From: an uncultured delta proteobacterium
GTDB lineage: Bacteria > Desulfobacterota > Binatia > Binatales > Binataceae
Length of the DNA stretch: 64,000 nt
Direction of reading: 5' to 3'
Assembly: GCA_963842085.1 (NCBI GenBank)
Contig: CAWJET010000001.1
Span: 1,504,001 to 1,568,000 of the forward strand
A program made the position numbers and the translations under genes. The notes beneath the pieces were generated by a model, which had not been told where the DNA came from, ran no database searches, and saw only the letters and a program-made list of their open reading frames with translations. Of this stretch, positions 52,357 through 62,415 are shown piece by piece (position 1 is the first letter of the stretch; every line of letters begins with the position of its first letter).

Positions 52357-52899
52357 CGAGCCTAAATGGATTCGTGCTTTTGTCGACCGCCCCGCCGTCA
52401 ACCGGCGGACGAAACAAAAATCCTCCGCAATCAAGTTTCACGCAGCGTTGAAACCGATCGAAGATTTCAACTCGGCTGCATATCCGGCCGGCGATCCGAA
52501 TGGCCTTCCTCGAGTGCCGCTTCTGAGAAGGGGGCCTCGCGCCCGAGTGCTCGCGCCAAGGCCTCGGGGGCAGAACCGGGTCGACGCAAGAGAGTCCGCG
52601 AAACGTGGCTGACCGGACCCTGAAGACGCGGACCGATTTGCTACGCGTATAACGGATCAACGACTTCAACTCATCCTGATCTTGCGATCTTCGTCATCAT
52701 GAATCGTGGCTGGAAAACGCCTGCTTTCGACACAGGTCTCCTCCTTTTCGTCGCCGATGAACCGCCACCGCCACCAAGGCGGCCGCCAGCGAAAGTGCGC
52801 CATCTCGAGCAGGCCCATTCCGTTGGCCCAAGGAGCACCTGCGCGGTCGATTCACGATGACGCGCTCCAAGATCAGACCTTGCAAGCCCGCTTCGACTC

Positions 52900-53095
52900 A
52901 GGTTCGAAGGTCGCGTTAGCAGACCGTTTGGCCTTGATGGGAGTTTGAATCAGAATTCGAAATGTAAATTCCGGTCTAATCGAGACGCGCGACAAGCAAG
53001 AGGAGCGACATGGCTCGTATCCATGCAAACGGGATTGATATCGAGTACGAAGTATTTGGCCCGAAAACTGGCACGCCAGTCGTTTCTGATTATGG
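52900..53095 (+). repeat. Diverged direct repeat copy 1: upstream region plus 5' fragment of an alpha/beta hydrolase
   Basis: RBS plus ATG at 53010, MARIHANGIDIEYEVFGPKTGTPV; aligns with 54709-54920. Confidence 0.85.
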
Positions 53096-54520
53096 TAGTC
53101 GGCGCCGCTCTTCCAGCACGCCGAGTTCGCGCCACATCCAGCTGAAATCGTAGGGCGGCGTTCCGTCCTTCCTGGCGCGGCGGGCCTCGCCGTTCTCGAG
53201 TTGTTTGAGCCAGTCGATCACCTTCTGACGCCCCTCCGGAGTGCGAACCGCATCACGCGGCCGGAGGTTACCCAGCGTGGGGAGCGCTTCGTCGATTACC
53301 CGGCGGTAATGGCGATCGAGAAGCTCGCTCATGACACGCGCGACCTCCTCAGGTGGAAGTTTGGGCGCGGGCTGCGCAGCCGGCGGACGCTTGCGGGCGC
53401 GATGCTCTTCGAGCGCGCTCTGCACGCTCTGGGTCTCCGTTATCGGCGTTGCAACTAACCCGCCCAGAAGCTTCGTTGCCATCTGTTTGCCGCGTTCGGC
53501 CCGCGCGGCTGAATTAACTTCGAGTACCAGCCACTTGCCCCGCAGTTCCATATGGCCGAGGACTAGCGCGCCGGTCTCATCCCAAGTGGCAAGCGACATG
53601 CCGTCTTCCGGTCTTTTGCCGCCTTGTTTATTGTCCGGACGATGCCAACTCCAGTATTCGCTCTTCGATTTGCGCGCGAGTTCCGGCACCTGGTCGAGAA
53701 GCCGCGCCACCTCCGCCCGGTGTTCTTTGGCAACCGCGAACCTTACCTTCGTGAATACGACCTCCTCGCCGTCGAAGTTGGTCAGAGTCGGCAGGGGCGC
53801 CCTGAGTCGGCGAAGCGTGTGGTCAAGCCATATCAAAGTGAAGACCCGCGCACCGCCCTCCAGCGCGATGTCCCGATCGGCGAGCAACTCGTCGAGTTCG
53901 CGCATCTGTTTTTCGGTCAACGTCGGCAGGCGTTCAGCGATCGAGCGCTTCGCCCTTTCGGGGCTTACTTGAAAGATACGCAACACCGCATCAGCCGGTT
54001 CCTGCTCGAAGTCAAGGACGGCGCCGGAGAGATAGTGGCGACCGCCGATGGTAAGAACTCTCGCTGCGATCCGATCCCATATCGCCGCGCTCTGCGAGCC
54101 AAGCTGTTCGTCAACCTCAACCGGCTCTCCGCCGCGCACCAGGTCGCGCAGCACCAGGCCGCGCTCCGGCTTCACCTCGACCACCTCGTAGAGGCTCATC
54201 AGCGAGCCGCGCAATGCGCGCAGATAGTCGCGGGCTTGGAGCGATTCCTTCCAACCGCGCTGGTCGAGGTAGTCGTCGATAACGTTGTCCCGCTTCGAAG
54301 CAGCCGGGCGGGAACAAAAGTCCTCGAAGGCGCATGCCTCGACCATCTCGTAGTGGAACTCGCCGAGTGCCTCGGCGAGCTCGTCCTCGGTTATGCCGGC
54401 CTTGGCGCACACCGGCTCGAAGTGGGCGGCGATGGCTTGCATACACTCTTCCTTCCAGCGGCCCCGCGCCGCCCAGCGAGCCAGATGCTCCAGCGCTTCA
54501 TCCGTTCCCGGAATCCTCAT
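53090..54520 (-). CDS. Hypothetical protein with a C-terminal Xre/MbcA/ParS-like toxin-binding region
   Basis: 476-aa ORF; SLYEVVEV, LEVNSAARAERG, LPTLGNLRPRDAVRTPEGRQKVIDWLKQLEN, WMWRELG. Confidence 0.7.
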   Translation of the reverse strand: MRIPGTDEALEHLARWAARGRWKEECMQAIAAHFEPVCAKAGITEDELAEALGEFHYEMVEACAFEDFCSRPAASKRDNVIDDYLDQRGWKESLQARDYLRALRGSLMSLYEVVEVKPERGLVLRDLVRGGEPVEVDEQLGSQSAAIWDRIAARVLTIGGRHYLSGAVLDFEQEPADAVLRIFQVSPERAKRSIAERLPTLTEKQMRELDELLADRDIALEGGARVFTLIWLDHTLRRLRAPLPTLTNFDGEEVVFTKVRFAVAKEHRAEVARLLDQVPELARKSKSEYWSWHRPDNKQGGKRPEDGMSLATWDETGALVLGHMELRGKWLVLEVNSAARAERGKQMATKLLGGLVATPITETQSVQSALEEHRARKRPPAAQPAPKLPPEEVARVMSELLDRHYRRVIDEALPTLGNLRPRDAVRTPEGRQKVIDWLKQLENGEARRARKDGTPPYDFSWMWRELGVLEERRRLP

Positions 54521-54708
54521 CGGCCCACCTCCGAAACCAGCCTGGCTGTGATCTGCCGTACCACCTGTCTTCTATCTGGCTTGATAGTGATTCGCGATCG
54601 CCGACTCGGCAAGACTTCCTGACATGCCAAAGCTTCGGAAATACACAGGTCGAACGTCGCTCTGAAATCATTACCGCAGGCCGTCGTCTGCACGTTTCAC
54701 TCGTGACG

Positions 54709-54955
54709 GTTTCGAACGTCGCGTTTGCAAACCCTTTGGCGTTGGTGGTGGGAGTCTGAATGAGTATTCAAAATCAAAATTCCGGTTTGGTTGCGACGCA
54801 TCAACGAACCCCGCGACCAGCAGGGGAGAGCGACATGGCTCGCATCCACGCAAACGGGATTGATATCGACTACGAAGAGTTCGGCCCGAAGGCGGGCTCG
54901 CCCGTCCTTCTGATTATGGGACTGGGCGCGCAGCTGACGTGCTGGCCGCTGGAAA
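54709..54955 (+). repeat. Diverged direct repeat copy 2: upstream region plus 5' fragment of an alpha/beta hydrolase
   Basis: ATG at 54835, MARIHANGIDIDYEEFGPKAGSPVLLIMGLGAQLTCWP, after which the hydrolase similarity is lost. Confidence 0.85.
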
Positions 54956-55021
54956 AGTCGTGCTCGCGCGCGCGGAAGCTCTTGGAATCCGGCATTGGTA
55001 GCGGATTCATCATTCAGGCAC

Positions 55022-56599
55022 TTATGGCGTGAACGCATAGATCCGACCGTCGCCAGCGATGAAGAGATGTCCGTCGGTGGCCACAATGGTGACAAAGTGA
55101 CGCAGCCCCTCCATCGCATCGCTCGGACCTCCGCCTGTGAACACCGGCTCGCCGCTATCGCCCCGGAAGCCATGCAGGCGGCCGTCGCCTTCCGCCCCGA
55201 CCATCCAGACGATCGGATTTAGACCGTCGCCGGTCGTGGTCACGATTGGGGACCCGCGCCCGTAGACCGATCCGCACCATGCCGTGGAGATCATGGGCGA
55301 AGGATGGGTCCGGATCTTGAGCACGGTCAGACCAGGATTAGATAAACTCGATAACGAATCTCGCAGCCGCTCAAATATTCCGTTGGCGCAGCCGCTCCCC
55401 TGGCCCTCGAAGGCGACCAACGCGCTGCCATCGGAAGCGGTGTAGACGGCAGGGGCGGTGATGATCGGGCCACGAGCCACTTTCTCCACGGCGAGCGCAC
55501 CGCCGATACCACCGAGATTGTCGCGATTGAGGAGATAGGCCTTGCCGTCCTTGCCGAGAGCCAGCACCAGGCGTGCTCCGCCGCTGCCCTCTCGCACGTC
55601 GATCGGGAGAGGATTAGCGCCACCGAGATCCTCGTCGTAATCGTCGAGGGTCTTCCAGTCGGCGGGCGCGAAGAAATCACGGGGGCTCGTCGGACCCTTG
55701 AGATCGGGGCCGAGCCGGATGACGGCCTCACCATCGGCCCAGTCGTTGGCGTCCTTGGTGTTGCCGGTGGCGACGAACAGCGAGCTCCCGTCGTAACTGA
55801 TGCCGCCGGGCGCCCACACGCCACCGCCTGCGGCACGCGTGGTCCAAGCCGCGATCGTGCGGGGATCCTCGAGGCCTATCCCCACGACCCAGCCATGATA
55901 CGGCCCGCAGTCACCAAAGTGCCCGCCATACGGAATGAAGAGCATACGGTCGGCAATCGCCAGCGCACCGCGCTGGTTTTGCAAACGCGGCGTGAACGTG
56001 ATGCCGCGCGCCTTGAGGACTTGGGCGACGTTCACCGGGAAGCCGGGGAGGACCGAGCCATCGTCGACCGCCAGGCCGAACACCAGATGTTGCGGACCCG
56101 AACCGTCCTCTGCATCGGCCATCGCATCGAGGTAGATTGCGCCTTTGACGTCGTCGAGCACCGGCGTTCCAGTGACCCCGAGCGGGCTGATGTTGCCACA
56201 GGGCAGCGCCGACTGCGCAACGGGGCGCCCAAGTGATTTTCGCCACACCACCTTCCCGGAGCGCGCGTCCAGAGCGTAGACGACGTCGTCCTCGGTCGCG
56301 ACCAGCAGAAGCTGCCGATTGGTTTTCGGCGATTGCCAGAACAGCGGCTGGGCGTATACGTGTCCGTCAATGCGACCGTCGAAGGCAGGGTCGGAATGAA
56401 TTCCGCCCGCGCGCTCCCAGGTGAGACCAGGCATGACATAGGTTCCGCTCCGGCTCGGTGCGCCGTGATAGTTCACGACCGATTGAGCACGCGCATCGAG
56501 GCCGGGCAGGAGAGCCGTCCCAATCGCGAGAACGAGCCAGACAGCAAAGCGACACCACAAATGGCTTTGCTCTGTAAATTTCGGTCGTTCCGTCTTCAC
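55022..56599 (-). CDS. Secreted PQQ-like beta-propeller repeat protein
   Basis: Signal peptide; VYAQPL, VYALDARSGKVVW, GVTGTPV, GGVWAPGG, VATGN, GKDGKAYLL. Confidence 0.85.
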   Translation of the reverse strand: MKTERPKFTEQSHLWCRFAVWLVLAIGTALLPGLDARAQSVVNYHGAPSRSGTYVMPGLTWERAGGIHSDPAFDGRIDGHVYAQPLFWQSPKTNRQLLLVATEDDVVYALDARSGKVVWRKSLGRPVAQSALPCGNISPLGVTGTPVLDDVKGAIYLDAMADAEDGSGPQHLVFGLAVDDGSVLPGFPVNVAQVLKARGITFTPRLQNQRGALAIADRMLFIPYGGHFGDCGPYHGWVVGIGLEDPRTIAAWTTRAAGGGVWAPGGISYDGSSLFVATGNTKDANDWADGEAVIRLGPDLKGPTSPRDFFAPADWKTLDDYDEDLGGANPLPIDVREGSGGARLVLALGKDGKAYLLNRDNLGGIGGALAVEKVARGPIITAPAVYTASDGSALVAFEGQGSGCANGIFERLRDSLSSLSNPGLTVLKIRTHPSPMISTAWCGSVYGRGSPIVTTTGDGLNPIVWMVGAEGDGRLHGFRGDSGEPVFTGGGPSDAMEGLRHFVTIVATDGHLFIAGDGRIYAFTP

Positions 56600-56894
56600 A
56601 ACGGTCTCGCGCTGGTAGAGTCAAGACTCGATCGCGTCCAAGAACGCTCGCGGGCTCGAAATCCGTATCCGCTGGAACGAATTGCTTCGCAAGATCGGCT
56701 CCGCCCTGCGGTTTGCGGGGTGGCGCTCGTACAACTCGCCGGCCACCTTATCAATCGGAATGCCGGATGCGTGCGACACGTTTGGTGCATCCATCGGTGA
56801 TCTCCTTGGCGGTGGCTTTGGTCGCTTTGATTGACCTTAAGCGCACGTGGCGGAATTGAAGGTGGGGCAAACCCGCCACGAGGCTCTTTAGCAA

Positions 56895-57245
56895 TCAAAG
56901 ATCGCCGACGCGACGCAACTTTTCGCAAACCTCTCTCATCACCGTCTGAGGCAGCCGGCCGAGTGGCCTAAGCAACCGTCGGCGATCAATCGCGCGGGAC
57001 TGATCGACCATCACCTCGCAGACGCGAGCGTTGCCGGCCATCCTTGCCGGCAACTCGACGCGCAAGACGTTCTCTCCGGCGAGTCGGGTTGTGCAGGGAA
57101 GGACCCACGTGCTCGGACGGTCCGTCTCGTTCAGCAGGTCCGACTGGACCACGACGACCGGCCGAACCTCTCCCGGTTCGCTGCCTCGGCGAGGATTCAG
57201 GTCGGCCGACCAAAGCTCCCCGCGCCGCGGGGACCTGTCAGGCAT
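56895..57245 (-). CDS. PemK/MazF family toxin
   Basis: RGELWSADLNPRRGSEPGEVRPVVVVQ, LPCTT, DQSRAID. Confidence 0.92.
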   Translation of the reverse strand: MPDRSPRRGELWSADLNPRRGSEPGEVRPVVVVQSDLLNETDRPSTWVLPCTTRLAGENVLRVELPARMAGNARVCEVMVDQSRAIDRRRLLRPLGRLPQTVMREVCEKLRRVGDL

Positions 57246-57498
57246 CTTCGAGGCCCTCACCGACCAGCGGATCGAGCTCTTGCACCGTCCCGAGGGTCGA
57301 GGATCGCACTCGCACCGAGGCCTCCCGGAATTGCCGGCGAAGCTCCTCTCGAGAAACGGATTCCTCCAGTAGTCTAAGCGAGCGGCGAATAACTTCAGTG
57401 TTGGACCGCGCCTTGAGTAGCCGTCTCAATCGCCGGACTTGTGCGTGCTCCTTAGCTGCAAGGGTGAACGATGATTTTCCGATGGTATTGGATTTCAT
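57238..57498 (-). CDS. Cognate antitoxin (ribbon-helix-helix-like)
   Basis: Overlaps the toxin start; SNTEVIRRSLRLLE; acidic C-terminus. Confidence 0.75.
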   Translation of the reverse strand: MKSNTIGKSSFTLAAKEHAQVRRLRRLLKARSNTEVIRRSLRLLEESVSREELRRQFREASVRVRSSTLGTVQELDPLVGEGLEDA

Positions 57499-58062
57499 GC
57501 TTATCTCATACCTTGGATGCATCTTCAGCGCAAACGTTAGCCGGGCGACGGAACCGATCTCTCCTGCACAGTAAAGCGTGGTATCTATGGTTTCTGAGCT
57601 AGCGGATTCTCTAAAACCGATACCTCATGGAGATTCCTCCTTGACGGGCAAATGATGCGAGTTATGAACGATTGCGATGCCGGCGCTACAAAGGGATAAA
57701 GCGAGGGTGGCGCTTCCAGCGCTTCCAGCGCTTGCCGCTGTCCGGTGTTGTCTTGTTCGCTAGAACTGTATGAATTGTGGAGTGAGGATCGTTCCCACGC
57801 CGAGAGAACTATAGTGGTGGCCGGCTGCTGACTGAAGTCGTCGCCAGATCGCCGCGCGCCTAAAGATCAGCGCAGCACACGTCGCCTGCTTGGAAGTGTA
57901 AACAGTCCGCCAGCACGCGTTGGTTAAGCGTTATCGAAAACTCGAAAGTTCCGCCCGACACGCCTCCAAAAGAGAAGGCACGCGTTGGCGCCACCATGAG
58001 GGCGTGCGACCAAGCGTGCCTTCGGCTCGGAGGAGCGTTCGACCAATCTTTACAGCGGCTAG

Positions 58063-58503
58063 CTATTTTCCCACTGCGTGACGAACCGTGTTTAGAATAT
58101 AGATCAGATCGCGAGGCGACTGAACTTCTCCAAGAAGCGCCACCTGCGACAACATCTCCATCTCGGTGTTCGAGACGTTGTGGATACGTCGAAGTTGGTC
58201 GTTCTTTCGGAACTGGTCCCAGGCCGAAACTGAAGGTTCTGCCGTCTGCGGTTCTGCAGAGAGTAAAGCCTCCGTGTGCGGGTTGGCGAGAAAGAACAGT
58301 TCGCGCTTATCGAAGCCGAGAACTTCCGCCAGTCTCGTGACAATCTTGTCGGAGGGGTGGCGCTTGCCTGATTCCAAGTGTCCCACATATGGCGTCGAAG
58401 TCTTGATCCGCGAAGCGATTTCGTCCTGTGTGAGATCGAGCTCCCTTCGCCTTTTGCGTATCACGTCACCGAAATTCGGTTCCTTCGCACGAGCTTTTGA
58501 CAT
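58063..58503 (-). CDS. XRE-family transcriptional regulator
   Basis: IRKRRRELDLTQDEIA...YVGHLESGKRHPS; GGAG RBS. Confidence 0.92.
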   Translation of the reverse strand: MSKARAKEPNFGDVIRKRRRELDLTQDEIASRIKTSTPYVGHLESGKRHPSDKIVTRLAEVLGFDKRELFFLANPHTEALLSAEPQTAEPSVSAWDQFRKNDQLRRIHNVSNTEMEMLSQVALLGEVQSPRDLIYILNTVRHAVGK

Positions 58504-59056
58504 CTCCGATTTACCTTTCGCGGCGCATGGCGCAGCGGCTGCTGTTACTGAATTGCTTGCTTCCGACACGGTGTGGGTTAATATCAAAGGGCTAAACAGG
58601 AATAAATAGGAATTGGCTAGCAACTATAGAACTCGTCGCTTATAGAGATTCGTCAGCTTGTCGTTCATCTCTACAATATGTTGAATTTTCGGCAGTTTAG
58701 CCGGTTTGGAGATTAGCCATTCTTAACCAGCTTCTCTTTCGAATTCATCGATGAACATCTCTTTTGGATCGGCATCGAAATGGAATCTCGCCCCGCTAGT
58801 GCATTTGCATGGCCCAAACTGCGGGGCGAGAATCGTTCCTACGCCGAAAGAAGAAAAGCGCTGGCGGCCATACCTTGGTTTGAATCAGCGCGAGATTGCT
58901 GCACGGCTCAAAGTCAGCGCCGCAATGTCCGCTTATCTGGAAATGACCTTCCAGGGCAGGTACGCGTTGTTCCCGAAAATTAGCCGCCTTCGATGAAATC
59001 CGTTCCGTCGCCGATTTTGTTCGACCGCTTGACCGAAGTGTTAATGTGGTAGACGA

Positions 59057-61525
59057 ATGGCCCGGCGAAATTGCGCGACCTCTTCGAAGGCTATTGGCGA
59101 TGCTTGCGCCAGTGGCGGCTGGATCGTCATGATTTTAGCTGCGCTCGCGATTCTTTTCCCCGCCAAAGTTTGCATTGCAAGCGACGCCAGTAGCGCGGCC
59201 GTGCGCCGGCTCAAGCTGGGCGGCACAATCAAGGACGCGCTGGGAAGGCCAATCGTCGGCGCCGAAGTGCGCTTGGAAGAGGGCGGACGCGTGATTGCGC
59301 GCTCGCGCACCGACTCGGCGGGAGCATTTCAGTTTAAGCCGGTCGCACCGGGAACCTACGTCGTTATCGCGAACAAGCAGGGGTTCACGCGAACGCTTCA
59401 GACCGTCGTGTTGAGTTCCAGGAGAGCCAACCAGCTGCTGGTCGTGACGATGGAAGCGAAGGAGGCGCTGACGCTGCAGGTGATAACACAACGCCTCGAT
59501 CGCGCGCGCAACGATCTGTCCACCGAAATCGGCAGCACCGCCTATCGTTTCGATCAGCAGGCGATTCATCGGCTGCCCGAGGGACAGGACTCGACGCTCG
59601 CGCAGGTGCTGCAGCAGGCGCCGGGCGTGAGCCAGGACTCTTACGGGCAGGGACAGGGTCAGATTCACATACACGGGGAAAACGGCGGCGGCATCCAGTA
59701 CCGAATCAACGACGTGTTCCTGCCAGAGGCGGTGACCAGCTTCGGCGAGATCTTCAGCCCGCGCTTCGTGCGCAGCCTCACGCTGCTGACGGGAGTGCTG
59801 CCCGCGGAGATCGGATATCGCAACGAGGGCATCGTCGATATCCACTCGAAGGATGGATGCACCGACGGCGGTCCCGACAATGACAACGTCGAAATTTACG
59901 GCGGCCAGCGCGACACGGTCGAGCCGAGTTTCGAGATCGGCGGCTGCAAGGGGCGGTTCAGCTATTACGCAAGCGGCTTTTATTTGCGCGACAATCTCGG
60001 GCTGCAGGCGCCGGACGACAGCCCCGATCCAAACCATGACCATACTGAGCAGGGCCAGGGATTCGCATACCTGTCGTATCTTGTGAACTCCCAGACGCGG
60101 CTCTCGATGATGACGGGCGTGGCGGTGAACTCGTTCGAGGTTCCTCCCGCGCCGGGACTTGCGCAGCAGTTCACGCTCGCAGGCGTACCGACGTTTCCAT
60201 CCGCGGACGTCAAGGAAAACGAGCTGGAGCAGAATTACTATGGGATCCTCGCGTTGCAGGGCACGATTGGCGGGAACCTCAACTATCAGGTGGCGGGATT
60301 CAGCCGCTACTACGAGCTGAAGTTCAATCCCGATCCGATCGGCGACCTCATATACAACGGCGTCGCGGCAAGGATTCTCCACACAGGCTTCGTCAACGGA
60401 GTGCAGGAAGACACCAGCTACCGGCTCGATTCGCGTCACACGCTGCGCGCGGGATTCTACCTGAGTGGCGAGGCGATTGAGCTAGACGATCATGCGGAGA
60501 CGTTTCCCGCGATGGACGGAGTGCAGACCGGCACCACGCCGATTTCGATCGTCGACGACAACAATCAAATCGCGTGGCTGCTGGGAGTTTACGCGCAGGA
60601 CGAATGGCGGCCGCTCCCGGGCCTGACTGTTAATTTCGGCGTGCGCTGGGACTGGATGAGCGCGTTCGTGACGCAGAATCAGTGGAGCCCGCGGCTAGCA
60701 GTTGAATACGCAATGACGCGAGGGACCACGCTGCACGCGGGCTACGCGCGTTATTTCAAAGTGCCGCCGTTCGATCAGGTCGCGCTCGAGACGGTCGAGA
60801 AATTCGCCGACACCACCAACGCCGCGCCGGTCAACAGCGGCAACGACAAGATCGAGGCGGAAACCGACGACTACTTCGATGCCGGCATCCGGCAGCGCGT
60901 TGTAGATGGCCTCAACATCGGGGTGGACGGCTTTTACAAGTTTGGCCACGACCAGCTCGACCTCGCGCAACTTGCAGGCACGGTTGTGACCGCGCCGCTC
61001 AACTATCGCCAGAGCCGGGCGTGGGGGTCTGACTTCAGCCTGACCTTTGAGCGCAATGGGCTGTCCGCGTACTTGAATTTTTCCTACGCCGTGCTGCAAG
61101 CCAAATATATCAGCGCAGGTGCGTTCCTTGCCGACGACGCCGCGGAGATCGGTTACATCGCGAATCATTGGGTTACACTCGACGACAATCAGATGTTCGT
61201 CGGGTCGGGCGGAGCGTCGTACCAGCTATGGGGATTCCTGCTGACGGCCGACGGTATCTGCGGCAGCGGTTATCGGCGCGGTTTCGCGAACAGTGGCGAG
61301 CTGCCGCCGATACTGCAATTCAACGCGGCGATCGTGCGCAGCATGCGAATGCCGAAGCTCGGCGAGCTCGAGGGGCGGATCAGCATGATCAATGTCTTCG
61401 ATCACACGTATCAGATTCGCAATGGCAGCGGGATTGGCGTGTTTTCGCCGTCGTATGGCGCGCGCCGCGCTTTGTACGCCGGAATAAAAATTCCACTGGC
61501 GCCACTGGTCAAAGGATCGCCCTGA
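59057..61525 (+). CDS. TonB-dependent receptor with an N-terminal carboxypeptidase-regulatory-like domain
   Basis: GTIKDALGRPIVGAEV, plug QAPGVSQDSYGQ...QYRIN, YAQDEW, WSPRL, NVFDHTYQIRNGSGIGVF; start uncertain. Confidence 0.92.
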   Translation: MARRNCATSSKAIGDACASGGWIVMILAALAILFPAKVCIASDASSAAVRRLKLGGTIKDALGRPIVGAEVRLEEGGRVIARSRTDSAGAFQFKPVAPGTYVVIANKQGFTRTLQTVVLSSRRANQLLVVTMEAKEALTLQVITQRLDRARNDLSTEIGSTAYRFDQQAIHRLPEGQDSTLAQVLQQAPGVSQDSYGQGQGQIHIHGENGGGIQYRINDVFLPEAVTSFGEIFSPRFVRSLTLLTGVLPAEIGYRNEGIVDIHSKDGCTDGGPDNDNVEIYGGQRDTVEPSFEIGGCKGRFSYYASGFYLRDNLGLQAPDDSPDPNHDHTEQGQGFAYLSYLVNSQTRLSMMTGVAVNSFEVPPAPGLAQQFTLAGVPTFPSADVKENELEQNYYGILALQGTIGGNLNYQVAGFSRYYELKFNPDPIGDLIYNGVAARILHTGFVNGVQEDTSYRLDSRHTLRAGFYLSGEAIELDDHAETFPAMDGVQTGTTPISIVDDNNQIAWLLGVYAQDEWRPLPGLTVNFGVRWDWMSAFVTQNQWSPRLAVEYAMTRGTTLHAGYARYFKVPPFDQVALETVEKFADTTNAAPVNSGNDKIEAETDDYFDAGIRQRVVDGLNIGVDGFYKFGHDQLDLAQLAGTVVTAPLNYRQSRAWGSDFSLTFERNGLSAYLNFSYAVLQAKYISAGAFLADDAAEIGYIANHWVTLDDNQMFVGSGGASYQLWGFLLTADGICGSGYRRGFANSGELPPILQFNAAIVRSMRMPKLGELEGRISMINVFDHTYQIRNGSGIGVFSPSYGARRALYAGIKIPLAPLVKGSP

Positions 61526-61595
61526 CGTTGATGCACGTTGCCTCCGGTGAATACCATGGTGTACAAATTCTTGGGGGATTCGGAGGAGTTCAAAT

Positions 61596-61745
61596 ATGAG
61601 TGACTGGAAAAAGCCTGAGTTCGTCGAGATCCGGATGGACGCGGAAATCAACTGCTACAGTTCGGCCCTCGCTGACGATCCCAGGGTGCGAGTCCTGAAG
61701 CAGCCGTTGATTCGCGACAACTCGGAAACCAGCCAGGAATCCTAA
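61596..61745 (+). CDS. pqqA: PqqA-like coenzyme PQQ precursor peptide, 49 aa, absent from the ORF track
   Basis: GGAGGA RBS at 61582-61587; MSDWKKPEFVEIRMDAEINCYSSALADDPRVRVLKQPLIRDNSETSQES has the W-x-K-P leader and the ExxxY core (EINCY). Confidence 0.85.
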   Translation: MSDWKKPEFVEIRMDAEINCYSSALADDPRVRVLKQPLIRDNSETSQES

Positions 61746-62415
61746 GACCCGGCCGTCGTGCGGGTCCATATCCCAAGTCGAGACGATCGGATGCGGTCTC
61801 GGCTTCGAGGCATTTTTCGTCAGCGGCAAAGTGCCGAGCTACGTGAAAGCGCCGCCAGTCAATTACGACGGGGCTATTGCCAGTACAAACAGGGCTGCAA
61901 TTCACAAGAAATTCATATCGTACTGTTTTCTTTCTTCGCTGCGGACGCGTCCTCTTCTATGGCATATCACTAATCCTGATGAAAAGGCGTGCTTTTGGCA
62001 GCACTTGATTAAGGACATGCCGAGGCTCGCGGCGACCGCCTGCTTACGCTCGACGCCGACCAGTCCACGAACCCGATTTCATCGTAAAGATGTGGCAGGC
62101 CTAAACTGGCAGTGATATCGTGATCGCGTCTCGCAGCTTCGGGAGTTGGCTGCTGAATGTCGTGCCGCGGCAAATACTCTCGGTGCCGGTGCGCAAATAT
62201 GAATTCCGAGGTGCAGAACGAAATCCGGCTCAAAGCTTGCGCCAGCGGATTCATCATCGTCGACGTTCCGCTCACCTATTTCCGCGCGGCGCGGGCCGCT
62301 GCACGCGAGGCTCATCAGTTTCCGACTGAAAGTCCCGCGTTCTTCAGTACCCCCTTTGGAAAATCCGCGACTCGCTGGACTCCGCTGATTGTGAAGAACG
62401 CGGCTATTACCTGAG

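Noticed and set aside
52640-52665. CGTATAACGGAT resembling half of a dif/Xer site
   Set aside because: The XerD arm (TTATGTxAA) is missing
55022-56599. Calling the propeller a PQQ methanol/alcohol dehydrogenase
   Set aside because: It lacks the vicinal Cys-Cys and the WDYD-type active-site motifs; PQQ-like repeats alone do not prove PQQ binding
57710-57735. (GCGCTTCCA) repeated about 2.5 times
   Set aside because: Simple slippage microrepeat in non-coding DNA with no evidence of function
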